Below are positions 27,106-36,375 of a stretch of 64,000 nt of DNA, one piece after another. Every line of letters starts with the position of its first letter. Within the stretch, counting starts at the first letter, position 1. The translations under genes and the position numbers were made by a program. Source of the DNA: Candidatus Ozemobacteraceae bacterium (lineage in GTDB: Bacteria > Muiribacteriota > Ozemobacteria > Ozemobacterales > Ozemobacteraceae); assembly GCA_035373905.1 (NCBI GenBank), contig DAOSOK010000002.1:131038-195037 (forward strand), given 5' to 3'. The notes under the pieces were generated by a model that saw nothing but the letters and a program-made list of their open reading frames with translations, did no database searches and was not told the DNA's origin.

Positions 27106-28563
27106 ATGTTCAACAAGATTCTCATCGCGAACCGCGGGGAAATCGCGGTCCGTGTCATCAGAACCTGCCGCAGGCTCGGCATCAAAACAGTCGCCGTCTT
27201 TTCGGAAGTCGACCGCCAGGCTCTGCATGTCAGGCTCGCCGATGAAGCCTACTGCATCGGGCCGGCCCGCCCAGACCTTTCGTATCTGAACATCCCGAAC
27301 ATCCTTTCCGTTGCCCACGCGACCCAGTGCGACGCGATTCACCCCGGATACGGCTTCCTGTCGGAAAACCCGACGTTCGCCGAGATCACCCAAAAGTGCG
27401 GTTTCGTGTTCATCGGCCCCAGCCACCGGGCGATGGAACGGATGGGCCAGAAGTCCGTCGCGCGCGACCTGATGATCCGGTCCGGCGTTCCCGTGATGCC
27501 CGGTTCGACCGGCAGCGTCGAGGATCCCGAGGAAGGTCTGAAGATCGCCCACAAGGTCGGCTTCCCCGTCCTCGTGAAGGCCTCCGCCGGCGGCGGCGGA
27601 CGCGGCATGCGCCTGGTCGAGACGGAGGACCGGTTCCGGACGCTGTTCAGCACGGCTCAGGCCGAGGCCCAGTCGGCATTCGGCGACGGCCGCGTCTACG
27701 TCGAAAAATACCTTCGGAACCCTCGCCACATAGAAGTCCAGATCATGGGCGACCATCACGGCAACATCGTCGCCCTGGGCGAACGCGAATGTTCGATCCA
27801 GCGCCGGCATCAGAAGCTGATCGAGGAGTCGCCATCCCCGGCCGTCAACGCCGATCTGCGCCGGCGACTGTGCGAAACGGCCGTGAAGGCTGCGAAGGCG
27901 ATCGACTACGTGAACGCTGGCACGATCGAGTTCCTGCTCGATGCCGACGGGAACTTCTTCTTCATGGAGATGAACACCCGTCTCCAGGTCGAACACCCCG
28001 TCACCGAGCTGGTTACCGGATACGATCTCGTCGAAATGCAGCTGCGCGTCGCGTCGGGCGAGCCGCTTCCCTTCAAGCAGGAAGACATCGCCCCTCACGG
28101 GTGGGCGTTCGAGTGCCGCATCAATGCCGAAGATCCTGCGAACGGCTTCTCGCCGTGTCCGGGCCGCATCAACGATTATCTGCCCGCGGGGGGGCCGTGG
28201 GTGCGCGTCGACTCGGCGGCCTACACCGGATACGCGGTGAGCCCGAGTTACGACTCGATGGTCGCCAAGCTGATCGTCTGGGGCCCCGATCGCGAGACGG
28301 CAATGGACCGCATGCAGGCGGCCCTGCACGAGTTCCGGGTCGAAGGGATCAAAACGACGATCCCGTTTCATCAGTGGGCGTTCGGGCACGAGGAGTTCCG
28401 GGCGGGGCTGTTGACCACAGGCTTCGTCGACAAGCACCAGGTGTCGATGATCGCCTGTATGCAGCGGGCCGACGAGGATGAACGTGAGCGCGCGAACGGA
28501 GCCGGCGGGAAGGCGGTCGAACATGGCAAAACTCAGGACCAGAACGGCACGGGAAGAGCCTGA
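27106..28563 (+). CDS. accC: acetyl-CoA carboxylase biotin carboxylase subunit
   Basis: MFNKILIANRGEIAVRVIRTCRRLGIKTVAV... Full-length ATP-grasp biotin carboxylase. Confidence 0.9.
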   Translation: MFNKILIANRGEIAVRVIRTCRRLGIKTVAVFSEVDRQALHVRLADEAYCIGPARPDLSYLNIPNILSVAHATQCDAIHPGYGFLSENPTFAEITQKCGFVFIGPSHRAMERMGQKSVARDLMIRSGVPVMPGSTGSVEDPEEGLKIAHKVGFPVLVKASAGGGGRGMRLVETEDRFRTLFSTAQAEAQSAFGDGRVYVEKYLRNPRHIEVQIMGDHHGNIVALGERECSIQRRHQKLIEESPSPAVNADLRRRLCETAVKAAKAIDYVNAGTIEFLLDADGNFFFMEMNTRLQVEHPVTELVTGYDLVEMQLRVASGEPLPFKQEDIAPHGWAFECRINAEDPANGFSPCPGRINDYLPAGGPWVRVDSAAYTGYAVSPSYDSMVAKLIVWGPDRETAMDRMQAALHEFRVEGIKTTIPFHQWAFGHEEFRAGLLTTGFVDKHQVSMIACMQRADEDERERANGAGGKAVEHGKTQDQNGTGRA

Positions 28564-29848
28564 AGCGAAACGAACCCTGTTCGACGCCCCCCCGGATGAG
28601 ACGGAACGCGAGTCTGGCGAGCTGACGCGCGGGGTTCTGTCCGTCGGGGACGTCACTCGCCACATCAAGCGGCTTCTCGAAAAGGACAGCCTTCTCGAGA
28701 GCGTCTGGGTTCAGGGAGAAGTGTCGAACCTGGTCAAGGCGGCATCGGGACACTGGTATTTTTCCCTGAAAGACGCGACGTCCGTCCTGAAAGCCGCCGT
28801 CTGGGCCGGGAACAGGCGCAGGATCCGGCATGAAATCAAGAACGGCGACCTGATCGCCGCCTACGGCTCCATCTCGGTCTACGAGCCCCGTGGCGAATAC
28901 CAGCTCATCATTACCGACCTGCGCCCGGCCGGCCTGGGTGCGCTGTATGAAGCCTTCGAGAAACTCAAGGCGAAACTCCAGGAAGAAGGCCTGTTCGACG
29001 CCGACCGGAAGGTGCCCCTGCCGTTCCTGCCGCGGGGCGTCGGGATCGTGACCTCGCCGAAGGGCGCCGTCGTGCAGGATATATATCGAGTGATACGAAG
29101 GCGCTTTCCGAACATGCCGCTGTATCTCGTCCCCGTGAAGGTGCAGGGTGAGGGAGCTGCGGAAGAGATCGTGGCCGGCATCCGACGGCTCGACGCCGAT
29201 TCGCGGGTCGACGTGATCATCGTCGCGCGCGGGGGCGGCAGTCTCGAGGATCTCTGGACGTTCAACGACGAACGCGTCGCCCGCGCGATCGCGGCGGCCG
29301 AAACCCCCGTCATATCGGCGATCGGCCATGAGACGGATTTCACCATCGCCGACTTTGTCGCGGACCAGCGGGCGGCTACGCCGTCGGTGGCGGGCGAACT
29401 GGTCGTTCCCCTCAAGGAAGACCTCGTGAAGGCGATCGCCGACAGGCGCAATAGGCTCGGCCGAGCCCTGAAGCACATGATCGTTTTCCTGGCCGGGCGG
29501 CTGGCTCATGCCCGTTCCTGCCGATTCCTGCGGAAACCGGCCCTGCTCGTCGCCGAACGCCGGACGCACGTCGCAAACACGGCCCGAGACCTGGAAACCG
29601 CCTGCGAGGCTTTCATGCGACGGTGCCGCCACGCATGGGAAATGGCCGCCGCACGGCTGACGGCCCTCGATCCGCGGGCGGTGCTCGCGAGAGGCTATAT
29701 GCTGGCGACGAACGAAGACGGCGTGGTCGTCACGTCCGCCGCGGCTTTGAAAACCGGACGAAAACTCGATCTGCAGATGGTCGACGGTCGGGCCCGCGTG
29801 GCCGTCGAGGATGTCGAAATCAAAACCCCGGGAGGCACGCGTTCATGA
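28523..29848 (+). CDS. xseA: exodeoxyribonuclease VII large subunit
   Basis: VQGEVSNLVKAASGHWYFSLKD (OB fold) and the catalytic region. Start uncertain (MAKLRT at 28523 overlaps accC). Confidence 0.8.
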   Translation: MAKLRTRTAREEPEAKRTLFDAPPDETERESGELTRGVLSVGDVTRHIKRLLEKDSLLESVWVQGEVSNLVKAASGHWYFSLKDATSVLKAAVWAGNRRRIRHEIKNGDLIAAYGSISVYEPRGEYQLIITDLRPAGLGALYEAFEKLKAKLQEEGLFDADRKVPLPFLPRGVGIVTSPKGAVVQDIYRVIRRRFPNMPLYLVPVKVQGEGAAEEIVAGIRRLDADSRVDVIIVARGGGSLEDLWTFNDERVARAIAAAETPVISAIGHETDFTIADFVADQRAATPSVAGELVVPLKEDLVKAIADRRNRLGRALKHMIVFLAGRLAHARSCRFLRKPALLVAERRTHVANTARDLETACEAFMRRCRHAWEMAAARLTALDPRAVLARGYMLATNEDGVVVTSAAALKTGRKLDLQMVDGRARVAVEDVEIKTPGGTRS

Positions 29849-30144
29849 AAAAGGTGTTCGATCGGAAAGAACTCGAGGAGCTCGCAGCTCTCACTCCCGA
29901 GATGATCGAAAAGCTGTCGTACGAAGACGCGATGGAGCGTCTCGAGCAAACCGTCGAGGCGCTCGAACAGGAGGGGACCCCGCTCGAGCTCGGCCTGCGC
30001 CTGTACGAAGTCGGCACGGGGCTGAGCCGCCGGTGCGGAAACGTGCTCGACGCCGCCGAGGCGCGGATGCTGCAGCTGATCGGCAACATCGAGTCGGCCC
30101 GCGAAGAGCCGTTCGATCCCGAGAAGGACGGCAGGCCGTCATGA
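29845..30144 (+). CDS. xseB: exodeoxyribonuclease VII small subunit
   Basis: MKKVFDRKELEELAALTPEMIEKLSYEDAMERLEQTVEALEQ... ATGA overlap with xseA. Confidence 0.8.
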   Translation: MKKVFDRKELEELAALTPEMIEKLSYEDAMERLEQTVEALEQEGTPLELGLRLYEVGTGLSRRCGNVLDAAEARMLQLIGNIESAREEPFDPEKDGRPS

Positions 30145-31052
30145 CCCCGGACGGGGCTTCAATGACGGGGCTGGAAGACTGGCTGCGCGCCTGCAGGTCG
30201 CGTGTCGACGAGGCGCTCGACCGCTGGCTGCCCCCGGCCGATGCTGTGCCCGCGCGCCTTCACGAGGCGATGCGGTACAGCGTCTGCGCGGGCGGAAAGC
30301 GGATCAGGCCGGCGCTGTGCCTGATGATCGCGGAGGGCTTCGGCGTCTCGGGAAACGGGCCGCTGAGGGCTGCCTGCGCACTCGAGCTGCTCCATACATA
30401 TTCTCTGATCCATGACGATCTGCCGGCGATGGATGACGACGATCTGCGGCGCGGCCGGCCGACGAACCACAAGGTGTTCGGCGAGGCGACGGCGATTCTT
30501 GCCGGAGACGCCCTGCTGACGCTTGCGTTCGAGTGGATGGCGCGCATCGCAGATTACGACGTTCCCGCGGGCCGGGCGGTCTCCGCAGTGAAGTCGTTCG
30601 CCGAGGCTGCCGGCCATGCCGGCATGGTGGGCGGTCAGATGCTCGATATCGACGCCGAGAACGGAGAGGTGACGATCGACGAACTTCGCCGGATCCATCG
30701 GCTCAAGACCGGCGCGCTCCTCACGGCCTCGATCCGAATCGGCGGGATCCTGGGCGGCGCAGATCCCGACGAGATGCGCAAACTTACCGAATACGGCCGC
30801 CACATCGGTCTTCTGTTTCAAATAGTAGACGATATACTCGACATCGAGGGAGACGCCGCCGCCCTCGGAAAGACGCCGGGAAGCGATGCGCGCCTCGGCA
30901 AATCCACGTTTCCGGCGCTTCTCGGCATGGACGGGGCGAAACGGGAAGCCGACCGCGTGCGCGACGAGGCGCTGAAAGCCGCCGCATCGCTCCCGAGGCC
31001 GATTTCCCGCATGTCGGAACTCGCCGGATGGCTGCACGGGAGAAAACGGTGA
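30141..31052 (+). CDS. ispA: polyprenyl (farnesyl/geranylgeranyl) diphosphate synthase
   Basis: LIHDDLPAMDDDDLRRGRPTNH and FQIVDDILD aspartate-rich motifs. ATGA overlap with xseB. Confidence 0.85.
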   Translation: MTPDGASMTGLEDWLRACRSRVDEALDRWLPPADAVPARLHEAMRYSVCAGGKRIRPALCLMIAEGFGVSGNGPLRAACALELLHTYSLIHDDLPAMDDDDLRRGRPTNHKVFGEATAILAGDALLTLAFEWMARIADYDVPAGRAVSAVKSFAEAAGHAGMVGGQMLDIDAENGEVTIDELRRIHRLKTGALLTASIRIGGILGGADPDEMRKLTEYGRHIGLLFQIVDDILDIEGDAAALGKTPGSDARLGKSTFPALLGMDGAKREADRVRDEALKAAASLPRPISRMSELAGWLHGRKR

Positions 31053-31738
31053 CCGTGAAACTGTATCCCGTCGTGGTCGCCGGCGGGTCGGGAACGCGCA
31101 TGAAAAGCGATCTTCCGAAACAGTTTCTCGACATCGGGGGAAAACCCGTCCTGCAATGGTCGCTCGAGTGCTTCGACGCGGTTTCCGAAACCGTCGACAT
31201 CACGGTCGTTCTTCCGGAAGCCTGGCTCGAGGAAGGCAAACGCCGCCTGTCCGGCTGGCGATCGAAACATAACATTCGTTATATATGCGGAGGACTGCGA
31301 CGGCAGGACTCCGTCGAAGCCGGCGTGTCGAGCATTCCCGACGAAGACGGGTGGGCTGCCGTGCACGACGGCGCTCGTCCGGCGATCACGCCCGAAATCG
31401 TCCGGGCCTGCCTTGAGATGGCTGTCGCGAAAGGAAACGCCTCGTGCGCGGTGCCGGTTTCCGACACCCTCGTCGAAACTGCCGGCGGTCTCGTGACCGG
31501 CGCCGTCGATCGGTCGAAGATGTTCGCCATGCAGACCCCGCAGATCTTCCCCGTGAACCTTCTGCGGGAGGCGCTCGCCCGGGCGCGCGCCGACGGCGTT
31601 GATGCCACCGACGACGCCGGACTCGTCAGGCGTCTCGGCCTGCCTGTCTATCTGGCCCCGGGTTCCCCCCTAAACATCAAAGTCACCCGGCCCGAAGATC
31701 TGCTCCTGCTCGCGTCGGTCCTCCGCCCCCCAGGCTGA
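31028..31738 (+). CDS. ispD: 2-C-methyl-D-erythritol 4-phosphate cytidylyltransferase
   Basis: VVAGGSGTRMKSDLPKQFLDIGGKPVL. Start is ATG at 31028 or GTG at 31049. Confidence 0.8.
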   Translation: MAAREKTVTVKLYPVVVAGGSGTRMKSDLPKQFLDIGGKPVLQWSLECFDAVSETVDITVVLPEAWLEEGKRRLSGWRSKHNIRYICGGLRRQDSVEAGVSSIPDEDGWAAVHDGARPAITPEIVRACLEMAVAKGNASCAVPVSDTLVETAGGLVTGAVDRSKMFAMQTPQIFPVNLLREALARARADGVDATDDAGLVRRLGLPVYLAPGSPLNIKVTRPEDLLLLASVLRPPG

Positions 31739-31831
31739 CCGCCGTCGATGCGTGTGCCGATGCATCCGGCATTGACGAAGAACGAGGGTGATTGCTAGAC
31801 TTGGCCGCAAGAAGCGAGGAGCGCACGACGA

Positions 31832-32713
31832 ATGAAACGAACGCTGATTGTTCAGGCACCTGCGAAGATCAATATCGGGCTCTGGGTCAAGGGTAAACGG
31901 GCGGACGGGTATCACGAGATCGCAAGCCTGATGCAGACGATCTCGCTCGCAGACACGATCGCGATCAAAGAGACCCGCGAAGACGGCCTCCGGATCGAGT
32001 GCGATCACCCCGGCGTTCCGACCGGCCCCGAGAATCTCGCCTACAAGTCGGCGATGCTGCTGCTGAAGAAACTCGACATTCCGCCGCGTCTCCTGATCCA
32101 GATCGAAAAGCGGATTCCGGTCGCCGCGGGACTGGCTGGTGGAAGCACCGACGCCGCCGCCGTGCTGCTGGCGCTTGCCCGTTTTTACGACTCGTCCCTG
32201 CCGATGCTCGATCTCATGACGATGAGCCAGTCGATCGGCTCCGACGTGCCGTTCGTCATGCACGGAGGCCTCGCCCTCGCCACGGGCCGGGGCGAGAACC
32301 TGACGTTCTACGACGCGCCGAAGCCGCCCTACGTCGTCGTCATCGCCGTTCCGAAAAACGTCAGCGTCTCGACGAAATGGGCGTATGAAAACTACCAGCC
32401 GGGCGACAACACCCGCAAGGAAGAATTGTTCGCCACCCTCCTTCCCGCATGCCGGGAGCGGAACCTCGCCCTCCTGAGAAAAAACGTGTTCAACGACCTC
32501 GAGTCCGTCACGCTGCACCGGCATCCCGAAGTCGCCGCAATCAAGGAGCGTCTGGCCGCAACCGGCGACGGCGTGGTTCTCATGTCCGGCAGCGGGCCGT
32601 CCGTATTCGGCCTGTTCGAGGAGCGTCGCGATGCCGTGAAGGCCGCGAGCTCACTCGACCCGGACACGGTCGATGTGTTCATCGAACATACACTGCGCTC
32701 GCAGTCGCGCTGA
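31832..32713 (+). CDS. ispE: 4-diphosphocytidyl-2-C-methyl-D-erythritol kinase
   Basis: MKRTLIVQAPAKINIGLWVKGKRADGYHEI...; GHMP kinase motif PVAAGLAGGSTDAA. Confidence 0.85.
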   Translation: MKRTLIVQAPAKINIGLWVKGKRADGYHEIASLMQTISLADTIAIKETREDGLRIECDHPGVPTGPENLAYKSAMLLLKKLDIPPRLLIQIEKRIPVAAGLAGGSTDAAAVLLALARFYDSSLPMLDLMTMSQSIGSDVPFVMHGGLALATGRGENLTFYDAPKPPYVVVIAVPKNVSVSTKWAYENYQPGDNTRKEELFATLLPACRERNLALLRKNVFNDLESVTLHRHPEVAAIKERLAATGDGVVLMSGSGPSVFGLFEERRDAVKAASSLDPDTVDVFIEHTLRSQSR

Positions 32714-32728
32714 GAGGAAATTGCCGGA

Positions 32729-33925
32729 ATGAAACGCCGCATCTCCCTCCTCGGCTCGACCGGCTCCATCGGCCAGAGCACGCTCGACGTCATCCGAGCC
32801 CACCGGGACCGCCTTTCCGTGGTTGCCTTGGCCGCCGGTCGCCAATGGGAGCGCCTCGTCGGCCAGACGCGTGAATTCCGGCCCAGGATGGTCGCGATCT
32901 TCGACCCGGAAGCGGCCGCCCGGTTCAGGGACGCGATGCGCGGCTCGGACGTGGCCGTCCGCGAGGGGATGCCGGGCCTGCTCGAGGCTGCCGGCCTTGA
33001 TGAAGCCGATACGCTTGTGTCCGCCTTGGTGGGCTCGATCGGCCTGCGGCCGGTGATGGCCGGCATCGATGCGGGAAAGGCCGTCTGCCTCGCCAACAAG
33101 GAGACGCTCGTCGTCGCCGGGGCCCTCGTCACCGCTGCGGCTCACAGGAAGGGCGTTCCCCTGATTCCGATCGATTCCGAACACTCCGCGATTTTCCAGT
33201 GCCTCGCTGACGGCCACAAGGACGGGAGCCGGATCAAACGCCTGATCCTGACGGCGTCAGGCGGCCCGTTCCGCATGACCGACGCCGGCAGTCTTGCCCG
33301 GGTGACGCCCGGTGAAGCTCTTCGACACCCGAACTGGGACATGGGCGGCAAGATCACGATCGACTCGGCGACGCTGATGAACAAAGGTCTCGAGGTCATC
33401 GAGGCCCACTGGTTGTTTGACATCGATTTCGACCGGATCGAAGTGGTCGTTCATCCGCAGTCGATCATTCATTCGCTGGTCGAGTTCATCGACGGCTCGT
33501 TTCTCGGCCAGCTCGGCGCCCCGGACATGCGCCTGCCGATTCAGTATGCGCTAAGTTATCCCGAACGCTGGGAAGCGAGCGGCGAGCGGCTCGATCTGCT
33601 CAAACTGGGAACGCTCTCGTTCGAACCGCCGCGGATGGCGGATTTTCCCTGCCTATCCTACGCATACGAGGCGGGGCGGCGCGGCGGCAGCCTTCCCTGC
33701 GCGATGAATGCGGCGAACGAGGTCGCCGTGGCGGCGTTCCTGCGCGGGGACATCGGGTTCACCGATATTCCGGTCGTGATCCGCACCGTGATGGATGAAC
33801 TGCCGTTCGAGGCCTCGCCCGACCTCGAGACGTTGCTGAGACACGACGAACTCGCGCGCGGGGCCGCAGCGGTCTGCGTTGCGGCGCGGACTGCCGTCCG
33901 GCAAGGCGGGGAGGCCGCGGCATGA
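32729..33925 (+). CDS. dxr: 1-deoxy-D-xylulose 5-phosphate reductoisomerase
   Basis: MKRRISLLGSTGSIGQSTLDVI...; full-length Dxr. Confidence 0.9.
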   Translation: MKRRISLLGSTGSIGQSTLDVIRAHRDRLSVVALAAGRQWERLVGQTREFRPRMVAIFDPEAAARFRDAMRGSDVAVREGMPGLLEAAGLDEADTLVSALVGSIGLRPVMAGIDAGKAVCLANKETLVVAGALVTAAAHRKGVPLIPIDSEHSAIFQCLADGHKDGSRIKRLILTASGGPFRMTDAGSLARVTPGEALRHPNWDMGGKITIDSATLMNKGLEVIEAHWLFDIDFDRIEVVVHPQSIIHSLVEFIDGSFLGQLGAPDMRLPIQYALSYPERWEASGERLDLLKLGTLSFEPPRMADFPCLSYAYEAGRRGGSLPCAMNAANEVAVAAFLRGDIGFTDIPVVIRTVMDELPFEASPDLETLLRHDELARGAAAVCVAARTAVRQGGEAAA

Positions 33926-34437
33926 ACGGGGAGATGAGCGGCCTCAGAATAGGCTTCGGCCACGATATTCATGCCCTGATTCCCGACCGGGAACTGTGGC
34001 TCGGCGGTGTCCGCATTCCCCATTCGTACGGTCTCAAGGGCCACTCGGACGCCGATGCCCTGCTTCATGCCGTCATGGATGCCCTGCTCGGGGCCGCCGC
34101 GCTCGGCGACATCGGCATGCTGTTTCCCGATACCGATCCCGCCTATCGCGGCATCTCGTCGATGCTGCTGCTCGAGCGCGTCATGAGCCGCATCGAGGAA
34201 GCCGGTTTTTGTGTCGTCAACATCGATACTGTGATACAGTGTGAGAGTCCGAAAATTTCTCCTCACCGTGAAGCCATTCGCGAGTCGCTCGCCCGGGGCC
34301 TGCGCATCGACAAGAGCAGGGTCTCGGTGAAAGCCGGCACGAACGAGGGGTTCGACGCGGTGGGGGAGCGGCGCGCCATGGTATGCAACGCCGTGGTGTT
34401 ACTTGAATCCCGGAGGAATGTCGGCTGTGGCAGGTGA
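33922..34437 (+). CDS. ispF: 2-C-methyl-D-erythritol 2,4-cyclodiphosphate synthase
   Basis: RIGFGHDIHALIP...GHSDADALLHAVMDALLGA. Confidence 0.85.
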   Translation: MNGEMSGLRIGFGHDIHALIPDRELWLGGVRIPHSYGLKGHSDADALLHAVMDALLGAAALGDIGMLFPDTDPAYRGISSMLLLERVMSRIEEAGFCVVNIDTVIQCESPKISPHREAIRESLARGLRIDKSRVSVKAGTNEGFDAVGERRAMVCNAVVLLESRRNVGCGR

Positions 34438-34978
34438 AAAGCAGAGATCCCAGTTGTTCCTCGGCGTAGGATACCTGTTCGTGGCAGGGATCATCCTGAT
34501 CAACTATATCGGCCAGCGCGGCGACTCGCGCGGCATCGTTGCCGTCACGGGCGAGATGGCGATGAGCAGCTACTTCGGCGAGGCCGAGGTCCTGCGGAAA
34601 CGACTCGAGGAGGAACGCCGTCTCAACACCGAGATGCGCAAGATGGTCACCGAAATGCAGACCTATGCCGGCACCAGCAAAGCCTCCGAAAAGGCGGGCT
34701 TCGAAAAAGTGCCGCTTCGCATGACGTCGGCCGATATCGACAAGCTGGCCCGGGAGGGGTTCCCCCCCGTCGTCGACAAGCTGAGGATCGTCACGGCCAA
34801 ATCCAGCCCCTTCCGCGTCGGGCGGAATCCGTTCGTCCCGTTCTACGGCATGGGAAAAACGTCCAAAGCCGTTACGGCCGAATCCTCGAAAGTCACCATC
34901 TCCCTGCGCGCCGATCCCGTCCTGCCCGTTCTGATGCAGGGCGCATGGTCTCCCGTGACGGTCTACGAAGAAAACTGA
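34418..34978 (+). CDS. hypothetical single-TM protein
   Basis: ORF 34403..34978. TM LFLGVGYLFVAGIILINYI. Start uncertain. Confidence 0.4.
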   Translation: MSAVAGEKQRSQLFLGVGYLFVAGIILINYIGQRGDSRGIVAVTGEMAMSSYFGEAEVLRKRLEEERRLNTEMRKMVTEMQTYAGTSKASEKAGFEKVPLRMTSADIDKLAREGFPPVVDKLRIVTAKSSPFRVGRNPFVPFYGMGKTSKAVTAESSKVTISLRADPVLPVLMQGAWSPVTVYEEN

Positions 34979-34994
34979 AACCGAACCGCCGACA

Positions 34995-35025
34995 AGAGCC
35001 CTCTCGGGGGCTCTTTCGTTTTTTT
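34995..35025 (+). terminator. intrinsic terminator closing the xse/isp operon
   Basis: AGAGCCC-tctcgg-GGGCTCT followed by ttcgTTTTTTT. Confidence 0.8.
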
Positions 35026-35118
35026 CGCCACGTTCGCCGAACTCCTAAAGCGTGAGCCGCCTCATGCCGATAAGCTTCTCAGAGAATACGCGACCTCGCT
35101 TTCAGGAGACGAACGAAC

Positions 35119-36375
35119 ATGAGGCAAACCATTCGGAATCTCGGCCTGCTGGCCGGACTGCTCTCGCTCTGCGCCCCTCTCGCGGCGGAACCGGTCGTCG
35201 GCGGCTACGTTCTCGAGCGCCTTCCCGGCGGCAAACAGGCTGTCGTGGACGGCAGGAACATCGTTCTCGCACATGTCTTCAACCAGGATCCCGGCGCCCT
35301 CAAAGCCGGCCGGTATGACGTCGGGGTTGAAGTTCAGGGCTCCAAGGGCGTCAAGACGTATGTGATGAAGCCGACCGGCGATATCGCCGGCGGGGTCTTG
35401 CGGACGTTCCGTCTGAAGGTGCCGCTGAACGCTGGAGGCAAACCCGAGCTGGTCAGGGCGTTCGCTCGTATCGACGGTCGGAAAATCTGGTCCGAGCCGT
35501 TTGCCGGCAGCCGCCAGGCTGCCGTGAAGAGCTCCGACGGCGTCGTCACGACGCTGTATACGGAAGTCGCTCCGGAACCAGGCTCCGATGCGCCGCCTCG
35601 AGAAATCCCCTTCGAGAACGAGGTCGTCCGCCCGGCCGCTCCGAAGACCGCAGCCGCATCGACGCAGAAGAAGCCCGCGACCGGCGCCGCTGCGGCCGTT
35701 CCTACCGCGAAGCCCGGCAAAACGGCCGGTGTCGCCCCCGTGCCGGCGAAGAGCGGAATTGCTCCCGTCGCGCCGGCGGTTCCGGCCGCGGTGTCCGCGA
35801 AGCCTTCGACGGACGTCGTCGCGAAGAATCCCTCCCCGGCACCCGCGGCGAAGCCTCGCGTGATCAATCCGAACGAGTTCAAGACCCTCCACACCATCGA
35901 CGAGGAACTGGTGATCTACGTCGTGAAGGCCGGAGACACCCTCCAGAGCGTTGCCGAGCGGTATTATGGCGATGCGGGTCATGACAGGACCATCGCCGAC
36001 CTCAACTTCATCGAAGCCCGTGCTCAGGTCAAGCCCGGCGAGGAGATCATCGTCGATGTGAAGCCGCTTTCGGGGCTGAAGCAGAACACCGCCCAGAAGG
36101 AACCGAAGAAGGACTCGAAGAATGAACCGAAGAAGGAAACCTCGGTTCGCCCCTCCGAAAAGGCGTCAGAAGCGATTGCCGCCGGCGATGCTTCGGCGTG
36201 TGTCCAGCGGTACACGATCCAGAACGGAGACACGCTCGCGATCATCGCGAAGCGGTTCTACGGCAAGGCGTCGAAGGCCGGCATCATCATCAAGGCCAAC
36301 CCGGGACTGAATCCGAAGAACCTCAAGATCGGAACCGAAGTGGTGATCCCCGCTGAGAAGGGAGACAAGGCATGA
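35119..36375 (+). CDS. secreted protein with two LysM domains
   Basis: Signal peptide. YVVKAGDTLQSVAERYYGD and YTIQNGDTLAIIAKRFYG. Pro/Ala-rich linker. Confidence 0.75.
   Translation: MRQTIRNLGLLAGLLSLCAPLAAEPVVGGYVLERLPGGKQAVVDGRNIVLAHVFNQDPGALKAGRYDVGVEVQGSKGVKTYVMKPTGDIAGGVLRTFRLKVPLNAGGKPELVRAFARIDGRKIWSEPFAGSRQAAVKSSDGVVTTLYTEVAPEPGSDAPPREIPFENEVVRPAAPKTAAASTQKKPATGAAAAVPTAKPGKTAGVAPVPAKSGIAPVAPAVPAAVSAKPSTDVVAKNPSPAPAAKPRVINPNEFKTLHTIDEELVIYVVKAGDTLQSVAERYYGDAGHDRTIADLNFIEARAQVKPGEEIIVDVKPLSGLKQNTAQKEPKKDSKNEPKKETSVRPSEKASEAIAAGDASACVQRYTIQNGDTLAIIAKRFYGKASKAGIIIKANPGLNPKNLKIGTEVVIPAEKGDKA

Noticed and set aside
27013-28668. Long antisense ORFs opposite recognised genes. Examples: 27013..28668(-) vs accC; 28349..29632(-) vs xseA; 36588..38630(-) vs the SNF2 helicase; 12447..13994(+) vs TPR; 42115..43104(+) and 43935..45314(+) vs phaC; 49984..51306(-) vs HEAT; 52203..53588(-) vs FGE; 55122..57042(+) vs ackA/hbd; 17625..19235(+) vs GspK-like; 2744..3838(-) and 1766..2641(-) vs the membrane/spermidine-synthase gene; 15668..17134(-) alternative frame of the membrane protein.
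   Set aside because: High-GC DNA produces long open antisense frames. These are Arg/Gly/Pro/Val-rich low-complexity translations with no motifs, whereas the opposite strand carries clear family signatures, RBSs and operon logic.
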